From assembly GCA_949294555.1 (NCBI GenBank), contig CASFHP010000002.1, positions 38,087-102,086 on the forward strand: 64,000 nucleotides of DNA, in the 5' to 3' direction. Of the stretch, positions 49,091 through 59,267 are shown piece after piece. Below the pieces are notes generated by a model. It was not told where the DNA came from. It saw only the letters and a list, made by a program, of their open reading frames with translations, and did no database searches. Position numbers and translations under genes: made by a program. The stretch's first letter is position 1; each line of letters begins with the position of its first letter. The DNA comes from an uncultured Eubacteriales bacterium. GTDB taxonomy: Bacteria > Bacillota > Clostridia > TANB77 > CAG-508.

Positions 49091-51331
49091 ATGAAAAAAG
49101 TATTATTGAAAATTGATGGAATGACTTGTAGTGCATGTTCTAATGGTCTAGAAAAATACTTGAATAAACAAGAAGGCATTAAACAAGCCTCTGTCAATCT
49201 TGTCATGAATAATGCTAGTATTGAGTATGATGAAAAAATATTAGATATTCCACAAATTGAAAAATTTATAGAAAAGGCAGGTTTTGAAAGTTTAGGAATT
49301 GACAAATTAGAAAAGGAAAAAAAGAAAGTTTCAAACGAAAAATATAAACTAATTGCACTAACAATACTAGCCATTTTGATTTTATATATTTCCATGGGAC
49401 AAATGGTAGGATTACCGATTTTTGAAATTCTAAATATGCATCATAATCCAACATATTTTGCAGTTGTGCAATTCGTGTTGTCTATGATTGCTATCGTTTT
49501 AGGAAAGGATATTCTTAAAAATGGATATAAAAATTTAGTACACAAAACACCAAACATGGATACTTTAGTAGGTTTGGGTGTTATTAGTAGTTTATTATAT
49601 AGTTTGTATAATACGTATTTAATCTTTACAGGAGATACAGAAGCCGTCCATCATTTATATTATGAATCCATTGTCATTATCCTCTTCTTTATAAAAATTG
49701 GAAAATATGTAGAAGGAAGAAATAAAGACAAAACCAAAGAAGCTATACAAGATTTGATGATGATTACACCAAACCTAGCAACAATTGAAAAAGATGGTAA
49801 GCAAAAGCAAGTAACATTAGATGAAATCCAAAAAGGAGACATTGTTATTTGCAAACCAGGAGAAAAAATTGCAGTAGATGGAGAAATATTAGATGGAACA
49901 ACACATATAGATGAATCATTTATTACAGGAGAAAGTGTACCAGTAAAGAAAACGGTAAATGACAAAGTTATTGCAGGTAGTATCAACTATGATGGGGTTA
50001 TCAAATATAAAGCAGAAAAAATCGGAAAAGAATCCACTGTATCTGAAATTGTTAGAATGGTAGTAGAAGCAACAAATACCAAGGCACCTATTGCTAAAAT
50101 TGCCGACACCATTAGTGGATATTTTGTACCAGCTATTATCATAATTGCTGTGCTTGCAAGTATTGTATGGGCTATTTTAGGAAAAGACATTGGTTTTATC
50201 ATCAATATTTTTATAACCGTATTAGTTGTAGCATGCCCTTGTAGTTTGGGATTGGCTACACCACTTGCTATTGTGATGGCATCAGGGTTAGCTAGTAGAA
50301 ATGGAATATTGGTAAAATCAAGTGAAAGTTTAGAAAATGCACATAAAATCAGAACCATTGTGTTTGATAAGACAGGAACATTAACAAAAGGACATTTAAG
50401 TATATCCAAAATATTTAATTATTCCGAATTAAAAGAAGAAGAAATCATAGAAGCAGTTGCCAATATAGAAAACCATTCTGAACACCCAATTGCAAGAGGA
50501 ATTGTCAAATATGCAGAAGAAAAGAATTTACCAATAAATTCTGAAAAAGTAGCAGATTTTAAAAATATTGCTGGATATGGAATAGAAGCAAATTTTGATG
50601 GGGCAAATTATCTTATTGGAAATAAAAAATTGATGTTAGAAAACAATATTGATATTAATAAAACGATAAAAGAAAATGAAATGAATGATGACGAAACATT
50701 AGAAAATGACGGAAATAGCATTTTATTTGTAGCAAAAGAACATACACTAATTGCTTTAATTGGTGTAAAAGACATTATCAAAGAAAATGCAAAAGAAGTT
50801 ATCGATAAACTAAAAAAACAAAATATCCAAACAGTTATGCTAACAGGAGATAATGAAAAAACAGCAAAAGCAATTGGAAAAAGCATTGGGATAGAAACTG
50901 TAATAGCAGGTGTTGTGCCAAAGCAAAAAGCAGAAGAAATCACAAAACTAAAAGAAAATGGATTGGTAATGATGTGTGGAGATGGTATTAATGATAGTAT
51001 CAGTTTGGTAAAAGCAGATATTGGGGTTTCTGTTGGAAGTGGTACAGATATTGCTATGGATAGTAGTGATGTTGTTTTAATGAAAGACAATTTAGAAAAA
51101 ATTAATGATTTAATAACAATTAGCAAAAAAACAATGCGTATCATTAGGCAAAACTTATTCTGGGCATTTTTCTATAATATTTGTATGATTCCAATTGCAG
51201 CAGGAATTTTAATACCATTAGGAATAACTATGAACCCTATGTTTGCAGCATTTAGCATGACAATTAGTAGTGTTACAGTTACACTAAATAGTTTAAGATT
51301 AAAAGATTTGCCGACGCGAAAAATTGCATAG
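49091..51331 (+). CDS. copA: Cu(I)-translocating P1B-type ATPase
   Basis: GMTCSAC, TGES, CPC, DKTGT, SEHP, GDGIND, YN. Confidence 0.95.
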   Translation: MKKVLLKIDGMTCSACSNGLEKYLNKQEGIKQASVNLVMNNASIEYDEKILDIPQIEKFIEKAGFESLGIDKLEKEKKKVSNEKYKLIALTILAILILYISMGQMVGLPIFEILNMHHNPTYFAVVQFVLSMIAIVLGKDILKNGYKNLVHKTPNMDTLVGLGVISSLLYSLYNTYLIFTGDTEAVHHLYYESIVIILFFIKIGKYVEGRNKDKTKEAIQDLMMITPNLATIEKDGKQKQVTLDEIQKGDIVICKPGEKIAVDGEILDGTTHIDESFITGESVPVKKTVNDKVIAGSINYDGVIKYKAEKIGKESTVSEIVRMVVEATNTKAPIAKIADTISGYFVPAIIIIAVLASIVWAILGKDIGFIINIFITVLVVACPCSLGLATPLAIVMASGLASRNGILVKSSESLENAHKIRTIVFDKTGTLTKGHLSISKIFNYSELKEEEIIEAVANIENHSEHPIARGIVKYAEEKNLPINSEKVADFKNIAGYGIEANFDGANYLIGNKKLMLENNIDINKTIKENEMNDDETLENDGNSILFVAKEHTLIALIGVKDIIKENAKEVIDKLKKQNIQTVMLTGDNEKTAKAIGKSIGIETVIAGVVPKQKAEEITKLKENGLVMMCGDGINDSISLVKADIGVSVGSGTDIAMDSSDVVLMKDNLEKINDLITISKKTMRIIRQNLFWAFFYNICMIPIAAGILIPLGITMNPMFAAFSMTISSVTVTLNSLRLKDLPTRKIA

Positions 51332-51425
51332 CAATTTTTCTGTGCAACCTTGCTCTTAATTGAATAGGAAATTTCCTATTCAATTAAGATAAGACCTCTT
51401 CTAAAAGAGGTCTTAAAACGTCTAT
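51311..51425. repeat. Composite hairpin repeat, partial copy 3, overlapping the copA stop
   Basis: GAAAAATTGC-ATA-GCAATTTTTC-TGTGCAACCTT, CTTAATTGAATAGGAAATTTCCTATTCAATTAAG, AAGACCTCTT..AAGAGGTCTT. Confidence 0.55.
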
Positions 51426-51597
51426 AAACGAAATAACGAAAACATTTAATAGAAATTAAATGTAGTAATAGTATATGTATATTTAAAAAAATTATACAAT
51501 AATAATTTCAAATTTAATAAAAAACCAAAAATGTATTGCCAAATATGAATTATATTGATAAGATATATGTATATTTGAAAAGAGGGGGAATTTTTAT

Positions 51598-52296
51598 ATG
51601 AAAAAAGCAGTTATTGGCGTGATTATAGCAATCGTACTTGTTATTGCTATAGGAATTGGAATTTTAGTTGTTAATGACTTTAAACAAGAAGATATTTTAA
51701 GACAAGAAATGTTAGAATTTGAAAATTTAACACGTGCAGAAAACATTGATTTAGACCAAATTGACCAAAGAATACGTGAATTAAAAACAACGGGAGATTA
51801 TGGCGTTTTAGAAAAAGCAATGAAAGATTATTTAGCAGATGTGGTAAATGTATCTGTTGATATTGCAAATATTTTAAATGATGAAAGAATTGTAAATGCA
51901 TTAACACCAGAAAATTATCAAGAAGATGGACCAGATTTTGTACAAACAAAACAATTTTTAGAGGAAGCAAAAACAAATTTAGAGCAATATAAAAGTGAAG
52001 TGTTGCAATTATTAACAAATGAAGGAGCTATGTCATATATAGAAAACAAAAATCTAGATGATTATTACATCGATTTATATAAAGAGATTGCTTTATCAGA
52101 AGATACAGCATTAGAGGAAGATAATGCAGAAATAGAAGCTTCATTAGAAGAAGCGACAAGAATATTAGATATTGAATCACAAGTTATCAATTTACTTTCA
52201 GAAAATCAAAATAGCTGGGAGATTGATGAAGATACAATTGTGTTCAATAATGCAACATTACAAAATCAATATAATGATTTAGTAGGGCAAATTTAG
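51598..52296 (+). CDS. Hypothetical membrane-anchored protein
   Basis: N-terminal TM, acidic helical body, GAGGGG RBS. Confidence 0.75.
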   Translation: MKKAVIGVIIAIVLVIAIGIGILVVNDFKQEDILRQEMLEFENLTRAENIDLDQIDQRIRELKTTGDYGVLEKAMKDYLADVVNVSVDIANILNDERIVNALTPENYQEDGPDFVQTKQFLEEAKTNLEQYKSEVLQLLTNEGAMSYIENKNLDDYYIDLYKEIALSEDTALEEDNAEIEASLEEATRILDIESQVINLLSENQNSWEIDEDTIVFNNATLQNQYNDLVGQI

Positions 52297-52528
52297 GAAC
52301 AAAATATTTCAGTTTAGCAAAAATCAAATATTACAATTCACTGTTAAAAATTTATCTGATTAACCGAAAGAGTTGCATTATCCTATAATTTTAGGATAAT
52401 ACAACTCTTTCACATTATAAGAAATTGTATTTCCTATAGAATAAAAAAATTGCTTGCAGCGAGTATTGATTATGCTAATACTTTTTGATAATATAGGGAA
52501 TAATAAGTAAAAAATGAAAGGAAGGAAA

Positions 52529-53086
52529 ATGATGACAGAAAAAGAAAAAAGAGATAAAGGAGAATTATACAATTTAGCAAATGATGAAGAATTGACTTTG
52601 GAAATGAGAAAATGTAAATTATTGTGTTACGAATATAATCATATTTCTCCAGACAAAATGGAAGAAAGAAAAGAATTTCTAAAGAAAATACTAGGAAGTA
52701 CAGGAGAGAATTTACAAGTAGAATCTAACTTTTATTGTGATTATGGATATAACACCCATGTAGGAGAAAATTTTTATGTAAATCATAATTGTGTCATATT
52801 AGATGTAGCAAAGGTAGAATTTGGAGACAATGTCTTTATTGGACCAAACTGTGGATTTTACACAGCAGGACATCCATTAGATATAGAAACAAGAAATCAA
52901 GGATTAGAATTTGGAAAACCAATTAAAGTTGGAAACAATGTATGGATTGGCGGAAATGTTGTGGTATTGCCAGGTGTAACAATTGGAGATAATGTAACCA
53001 TTGGTGCTGGCAGTGTTGTAACAAAAGATATACCATCAAATACAGTAGCACATGGAAATCCTTGTAGAGTTATAAAACAAATATAA
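52529..53086 (+). CDS. Sugar (maltose/galactoside) O-acetyltransferase
   Basis: FYCDYGYN, YTAGHP, hexapeptide repeats, GNPCRVIK. Confidence 0.92.
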   Translation: MMTEKEKRDKGELYNLANDEELTLEMRKCKLLCYEYNHISPDKMEERKEFLKKILGSTGENLQVESNFYCDYGYNTHVGENFYVNHNCVILDVAKVEFGDNVFIGPNCGFYTAGHPLDIETRNQGLEFGKPIKVGNNVWIGGNVVVLPGVTIGDNVTIGAGSVVTKDIPSNTVAHGNPCRVIKQI

Positions 53087-53116
53087 GAGAAAAATTTATT
53101 TTTTTCTCTTTTTTTC

Positions 53117-53176
53117 TTGACAATATTTATACCTAGATATACAATGTATAAAAATACATAGATAATTTAGGTATAA
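53117..53176 (+). promoter_or_regulatory. Promoter with paired palindromic boxes, probable PadR autoregulatory operator
   Basis: TTGACA..TACAAT with TATACCTAG..TGTATA and ATACATAG..TAGGTATA. Confidence 0.55.
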
Positions 53177-53189
53177 AGGAGGTGAAAAT

Positions 53190-53528
53190 ATGAAAATAGA
53201 TAAAGAATTATTAAAAGGAAGTACAACTATGTTAATTTTAAACTTATTGAAACAAGAAGATATGTATGGATATCAAATGATTAAAAAGTTAAAAGAAACA
53301 TCAGAAAATGTTTTTGAACTAAAAGAAGGAACTTTGTATCCTATATTACATACTTTGGAAGAAAAAGGATATATCAGATCATATTGGGATGAATCAGCTA
53401 GCAAAAAAAGAAAATATTATTCCATAACCAAAAAGGGAAAAGATGTCTTAAAAGAAAAAGAAACCGAATGGAAGATTTTCAGTAATGGTGTAAATAAAGT
53501 ATTAGGGGGTGTTTCATTTGCAAATTAA
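53190..53528 (+). CDS. PadR-family transcriptional regulator
   Basis: LLKGS, MYGYQM, EGTLYPILH, RKYYSIT. Confidence 0.95.
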   Translation: MKIDKELLKGSTTMLILNLLKQEDMYGYQMIKKLKETSENVFELKEGTLYPILHTLEEKGYIRSYWDESASKKRKYYSITKKGKDVLKEKETEWKIFSNGVNKVLGGVSFAN

Positions 53529-54930
53529 AGACTTTTTGGATAAAGTATGCAATGAAATTAAATACGAACCAATTAGAAAAGAAATTGGTCAAGAGTTAGA
53601 AAATCATATAGAAGAAGCAAAAGAAGAATTTATAAAAAAAGGAGAAAGTGAAGAAGTGGCTATTGATAAAGCCATTCAGGAAATGGGCGATGCCCAAAAT
53701 TTAGGAAAACAATTAAATAAAATTCACAAACCAAAATTAGATTATAAATTATTAATATTATTAGTAATTTTGTTATGTTTTACATTTTTAGTCGCATGCA
53801 TAAAAACAAGTACACATCTATTTTCAATAGGGGAAACACCATTTTTTGTTAAAACAATCATATTTCTAATAATAGGTTTTGTACTAGGAGCGGTAATATA
53901 TTTTATGGACTATACGAAAATTGCAAAATATTCAAACTATATATATGTACTTGCTTCTGTATTAGTTATTTATGCAGTATCATTTAGCAATTACCAAGTA
54001 AATGGTATCCCTCATATAAATATAGGAAACATATTTACGATTTCGGTTAATACTGTATCTATGCCATTATTTTTAATTGCTTTTATAGGATTTATGCAAG
54101 ATTTTGGAAAACATAAATTAGAAATTAGTATTGCAAGCATAAAAACAATATCCATAGATAAAAATTTGATAAAAATCATTATCCTAAGTGTATTTTCTCT
54201 AATGTTATTAATGACCATTCCATCAATGACATCTGCATTTGTCTTGGGAATATCTTATTTTATTATTGCTAACATTTATATAGCTAAAAAGAGTAAGAAT
54301 AAAGTTTTAAATATGTTAAAACTATGGATAGTGCCATGTGTTTTTGGAATAATCGTTATTACAATATGCATTTTGGAACCATATAGATTAGATAGAATCA
54401 TGTTATCATTTTATCCAGAACTTGACCCAGCAGGAGGTGGCTGGACTGGTATTAATAAAGAAATAATTATCAATTCTGCAAATCTATTTGGCGAAGCAGA
54501 TGATATGAGTAATGCAATAGAATTATTTGATGAAGGAACGTCAGAAGCATTTATCAGTATCTTAGCACATTGTGGCTGGGTAGTTGCCAGTTTGCTTGTT
54601 ATAACGATTATCTTAATTTCTGTAAAACTTATTATAAATTCTATCAAAGTTAAAGACAGCTATGGCAAAATGTTAATCATTGGAATTTCTTGCTTATTTA
54701 TTTTACAAAGTGTATTTAATGTTTTGATGAACTTAAATTTATGGATTGAAGCAAGTTTTGAATTACCTTTTGTTTCTTATGGCGGAACAGGATTAATTAT
54801 AAATATGATGTGTTTAGCTCTGGTGCTATCAGTATATAGAAGAAAAGATATTTTGATAAATACACAAAATACCGAAGATACCGAAGACACAGAAGAAAAG
54901 AAAAAGGTTTTTTCGATAAAAATTACTTAA
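53518..54930 (+). CDS. FtsW/RodA/SpoVE-family SEDS-like protein with N-terminal permease-prefix domain
   Basis: ELENHIEE..AIQEMGD, YRLDR, LPFVSYGG. Confidence 0.85.
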   Translation: MQIKDFLDKVCNEIKYEPIRKEIGQELENHIEEAKEEFIKKGESEEVAIDKAIQEMGDAQNLGKQLNKIHKPKLDYKLLILLVILLCFTFLVACIKTSTHLFSIGETPFFVKTIIFLIIGFVLGAVIYFMDYTKIAKYSNYIYVLASVLVIYAVSFSNYQVNGIPHINIGNIFTISVNTVSMPLFLIAFIGFMQDFGKHKLEISIASIKTISIDKNLIKIIILSVFSLMLLMTIPSMTSAFVLGISYFIIANIYIAKKSKNKVLNMLKLWIVPCVFGIIVITICILEPYRLDRIMLSFYPELDPAGGGWTGINKEIIINSANLFGEADDMSNAIELFDEGTSEAFISILAHCGWVVASLLVITIILISVKLIINSIKVKDSYGKMLIIGISCLFILQSVFNVLMNLNLWIEASFELPFVSYGGTGLIINMMCLALVLSVYRRKDILINTQNTEDTEDTEEKKKVFSIKIT

Positions 54931-55066
54931 AATAATATATTTTTCTTATATGTATGTAACCTTTTTATTAAATCTGGTAATATAAAAATGGAAAATAATG
55001 TTGTTGCAGATAACTATAAATCCATGTTAAAATACAGGTAGTTAAAATAAAAGGGAAAATAATGAT

Positions 55067-55906
55067 ATGAAAGAAATAAAAGAAAATGAAATTAAAAATA
55101 TAATAAATACAAGTATATGTATATTATTAAGTATATTAATTGTTTTGGTTTTAGCCATTGTATATAAATATGTTACATATCAAAAAGAAGTACAAGCCTC
55201 ATTAGAAGTTAGTGCAAATGTAGAAGAATTATATAATGCAACAAATATAGAGCAATCAGATAAAAAAGAAGAGGAAAATGCAAAGAAAAAAGAGATAGAT
55301 AGCAATACCTCTGATTGGGAATTAGTATTAGTCAACAAAGAACATAAAATTCCAGAAGGATATACTGTAGAACTAGAAAAAGTAGAAACAACTCACAAAA
55401 TAGATAAAAGAGTTGCAGAGGCTTTAAAACAAATGTTAAGTGATGCAAGAAAAGAAGGATTATCACCTATCATATGCTCAAGCTATAGGACAAGGGAGAA
55501 ACAGACACAATTATATAATAATAAAGTAAAAGAATATAAAAGATTTGGATATAGTTCTGATGAGGCAAAAAATCTAGCGTCTTACTGGGTGGCAATTCCT
55601 GGAACAGGAGAACATGAAACAGGATTAGCAGTAGACATTGTTTCTAAAAAATATCAAATATTAGATGAAAAACAAGAAGAAACAGATGTACAAAAATGGT
55701 TAATGGAAAATTCATATAAGTATGGATTTACTTTACGATATCCAACAGACAAAAAAGAGATTACTATGATAAATTATGAACCATGGCATTATAGATATGT
55801 AGGGATAGATAATGCAACTTATATGAAGGAACATGATATGTGCTTAGAAGAATATATTGATTATTTAAAACAATTTGAAGAAGAGGAATATAAGGAACTT
55901 GTTTAA
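55067..55906 (+). CDS. VanY-like M15B D,D-carboxypeptidase
   Basis: LVNKEH, SSYRT, PGTGEHETGLAVD, YEPWHYRYVG. Confidence 0.92.
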   Translation: MKEIKENEIKNIINTSICILLSILIVLVLAIVYKYVTYQKEVQASLEVSANVEELYNATNIEQSDKKEEENAKKKEIDSNTSDWELVLVNKEHKIPEGYTVELEKVETTHKIDKRVAEALKQMLSDARKEGLSPIICSSYRTREKQTQLYNNKVKEYKRFGYSSDEAKNLASYWVAIPGTGEHETGLAVDIVSKKYQILDEKQEETDVQKWLMENSYKYGFTLRYPTDKKEITMINYEPWHYRYVGIDNATYMKEHDMCLEEYIDYLKQFEEEEYKELV

Positions 55907-56018
55907 TTTTTTATATATGATAAAAGGTACAGTAAAATATATTATTGTACTTTTTTGTTGTAAACTGAAAGTTCTTGTGATAAAATTTCTTTGAAATAAA
56001 AATAGATAAGGTGATTTT

Positions 56019-57171
56019 ATGGAAAAAAATAAGATAGTTTTACCAGATTACGAGAATAGTATATTAAATCTAATAAATTCTATCTTAAAATATTATCATG
56101 TAAATACAAAATATAAAGGACTTGATATATTAGATGAAACATTGCAAAAGGAATATCAAAATATTGTATTAATTGTTTTAGACGGTATGGGAGAACATAT
56201 TATAAATTATATTTCTCCAAATGGATTTTTTAAGAAAAATCACAAGAGGAAAATAACTTCTGTATACCCTTCCACAACCACAGCAGCAATGACCACCTAT
56301 TATTCTGGAAAACCACCTATTGAAACTCGGTTGGATAGCCTGGTCTCAATATTTTAAAGAATATGGTCGTAGTATGGATGTTTTTCCAAATTATGATTCC
56401 TATACAGGAGAAGTCTATAAAAATGCTAAAATTGATATATATGAATTGATAAAGTATGTTTCTATATATGAACAAATAGAAAAAACATCAACAGATGTTA
56501 AAGCTTATGAAATCAATCCTTCTCATTGTATGTCAAGAAGTAATCGAAATATCAATGCAGATACAATTGATATTTTGTGTGATTCCATAGAGGCAATATG
56601 TAAAAATACAGATAAAAACTTTATTCTAGCATATAATGATATTCCAGATACATTATTACATAAATATGGTTGTAAATCTAATGAAATAAAAGAGTTTATT
56701 TTAGATACAGAAAAGAAAATAGAAAATCTATATAACAACTTACAAGGAACAAACACATTATTAATCGTTTCAGCAGACCATGGTCACAAAGATATCGAAA
56801 CAGTATATGATATTCAAAACATGGAAGATATCCAAGAATGTTTAATCATGCCACCTAGTCTAGAATCTAGATGTACAGCTTTTTGGGTTAAAGAAGAAAA
56901 AAAGAAGCAGTTTGAACAGATATTTAAAGAAAATTTTGGAACAGAATTTTTATTATATACAAAAGAAGAATTTTTAGAAATGAATATGCTAGGATTTGGA
57001 AACAAACATAAAAAAGTAGATGATTTTATAGGAAATTATATTTCTGTATCGACTGGAAGTGCAATTTTAAAATTAGGAACATGTATAAGCAAAGAAAAAA
57101 ACGAAAAGAAATCGACACATTGTGGTTTATCTCCAGAAGAAATGGAGGTTCCATTAATTGTTATGTATTAG
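56019..57171 (+). CDS. Alkaline-phosphatase/nucleotide pyrophosphatase family protein; 383 aa with a +1 shift at CGGT 56328-56331
   Basis: LDGMG and PSTTTAA in the first frame; PDTLLH, SADHG and HCGL in the next frame; join reads PIETGWIAWSQYF. Confidence 0.8.
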
Positions 57172-57244
57172 GTAGTCATATTAATTCCCTAATATATAAC
57201 AATACACAGAATATAAACAAAAATAATATTAGAAAGGTATAAAA

Positions 57245-58057
57245 ATGTATAAAATTATTTTTATTGATATAGACGGAACATTAAGGAACGATAAGAAAGA
57301 AATAACCAGTAGAACAAAAGAAGCCATACAGCGAATTGTCGAAAAAGGCATACAAGTGGTAATTTGTTCAGGAAGACGTAGAAAATATACAGAAGAGGTA
57401 AGTAAAGAAGCATTGGCAAGCAAATATGTTATTGTATGTAATGGTGGAGAAATATATGATTATGAGAAAAAAGAGGTCATATACCAAAATAAATTAGAAA
57501 ATGAAACAATGATAACATTATATCACATGGCTGAAAAATACGATGTACAATTGGCTATCAATGCTGAAGGAGATAGAATTGTAAAGGACCCAACAAATAT
57601 TCCATCAAACATCATGTTACAGGAGCCAATAGAGAAGTTTGTTAAGAAGAATGCTATAACACAATGTATTTTCTCAAGTGCATCATTAGAGAAAATAAAA
57701 AAGATTAAAGAAGAGGTAAATCTGCTAGAAAATGTAGAAATTGCAAACTCATCTAAATGTTTAGTAGACAGTAGACTTCCACAAGAACAACCATTTTTCT
57801 TAGATATTGCTTCTAAAGGTACAAGTAAGGGAAATGCGATAAAAAAGCTATGTGAGCATTTAAAAATAGATTTAGAAGACACTGTTGCAATAGGGGATAG
57901 TTATAATGATTTAACAATGTTTGAAGTAGTTGGACATCGTGTAGTTATGGGAAATGCACCAGAAGATATAAAGGAAGTTGCTGATGAGGTTACTGATACG
58001 AATAATAATGATGGTGTGGCTAAATTTTTAGAAAAAATATATAGGGAATATATTTAA
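57245..58057 (+). CDS. Cof-type HAD hydrolase
   Basis: DIDGTL, CSGR, SKGNA, GDSYND, NNNDGV. Confidence 0.93.
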   Translation: MYKIIFIDIDGTLRNDKKEITSRTKEAIQRIVEKGIQVVICSGRRRKYTEEVSKEALASKYVIVCNGGEIYDYEKKEVIYQNKLENETMITLYHMAEKYDVQLAINAEGDRIVKDPTNIPSNIMLQEPIEKFVKKNAITQCIFSSASLEKIKKIKEEVNLLENVEIANSSKCLVDSRLPQEQPFFLDIASKGTSKGNAIKKLCEHLKIDLEDTVAIGDSYNDLTMFEVVGHRVVMGNAPEDIKEVADEVTDTNNNDGVAKFLEKIYREYI

Positions 58058-58134
58058 GAAATTTACTATAATCAGCAGTAACAAAACAAAATTATAATCC
58101 ATAAAATATATAAAAATGAAAGGAGAATATCATT

Positions 58135-58826
58135 ATGGATTATGAATTAATGATGAATGGAAATGTCAAAATCGGACAACGAGCACCAGAATTTGAAGCA
58201 AATACCACTATGGGAAAAATCTCATTAAATGATTATACACGGAAAATGGCTAGTATTATTTTCTCATCCACGGAGATTTCACACCAGTTTGCACAACGGA
58301 GATGATTGCATTTACAAGAGCACATACATATTTTCAACAGCTAAATACAGAACTATTAGGTTTAAGTGTAGATAGTAATTCTTCTCATTTAGCATGGGTA
58401 TATGACATATATTGTAAAACAGGAATAAAAATATCATTCCCAATTATTGCTGATAGAAATGGGGAAATTGCCAGAAGATATGGCATGATTTCAAGTGATA
58501 TCAGTAATACGGAAACCGTTAGAAATGTCTATATTATAGATGATAAAGGAATTATTAGAACAATTTTAATTTATCCAATGAATGTAGGAAGATTTATTCC
58601 AGAAATTATAAGAGTTGTGCAAGCATTACAAATGACGGACTGTGCAAATGGTTCTACTGCTGCAAATTGGATTCCAAATCAACCAGTGATTGTTCCGCCA
58701 CCTAAAACATATGAAGAATTAACGGAACGAGTAAGTGATATAGAAAATAATAGAAATGGAATTAGTTGGTATTTAAGCTTTAAAGAACCACCTGAGAATT
58801 GTATAAATGATACAGGTGATACATAG
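58135..58826 (+). CDS. Peroxiredoxin (Prx6/1-Cys type); 229 aa with two +1 shifts at CGGA (58240-58243, 58271-58274)
   Basis: Two C-skips rebuild KIGQRAPEF..YTGKWLVLFSHPGDFTPVCTTEMIAF; AAGGAG RBS before ATG 58135. Confidence 0.85.
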
Positions 58827-59004
58827 TTATTAAAAAGTTCTTTGAAAAAATGTGTAAAATATAAAAAAAGTCGTTTGAAAAAATGTAAAAAAGTCATAAA
58901 AGTCGTTTGATTTTTTGTAATAGTGCATACAATTTTAAAAAATTCGCATAATAATAGTATGAACGAAAAAACAAGTTCATATACAAATTTTTGGAGGTAA
59001 GAAA

Positions 59005-59172
59005 ATGGAAGGAAATCAAAAAATACATTGTACAGTAGGAACTTGTAAATATAATGAAACAAATCAAAATTTATGCAAGTTACAAGCAATCCAGGTAGAG
59101 CCTACTAAAAATTGTAATATAAAACAACCAGAAGAATCAATGTGTTCAAGTTATATTTATGGGAAGGAATAA
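59005..59172 (+). CDS. DUF1540-type small Cys-rich protein (not in ORF track)
   Basis: MEGNQKIHCTVGTCKYN..LCKLQAIQV..SMCSSY; GGAGG RBS. Confidence 0.8.
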   Translation: MEGNQKIHCTVGTCKYNETNQNLCKLQAIQVEPTKNCNIKQPEESMCSSYIYGKE

Positions 59173-59267
59173 TTTTCTTCCCATTTTTTCTTGACATATC
59201 TATAAAATAGAAATAAAATAACCTTAGCAAAATTAAATAGGGGAAACCCAAAAAAGGAGGAAAAAAT

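Noticed and set aside
58240..58274. Simple CGG reassignment to Trp, Gln or Gly as a triplet
   Set aside because: A triplet reassignment would not restore the frame; homology continues only in +1.
4550..58826. Calling the five split genes ordinary pseudogenes
   Set aside because: All seven lesions are the same base in the same codon context, with no other stops or indels. True remnants here (DinD, ORF6N, MBL, MFS) decay differently. Not fully excluded without reads or proteomics.
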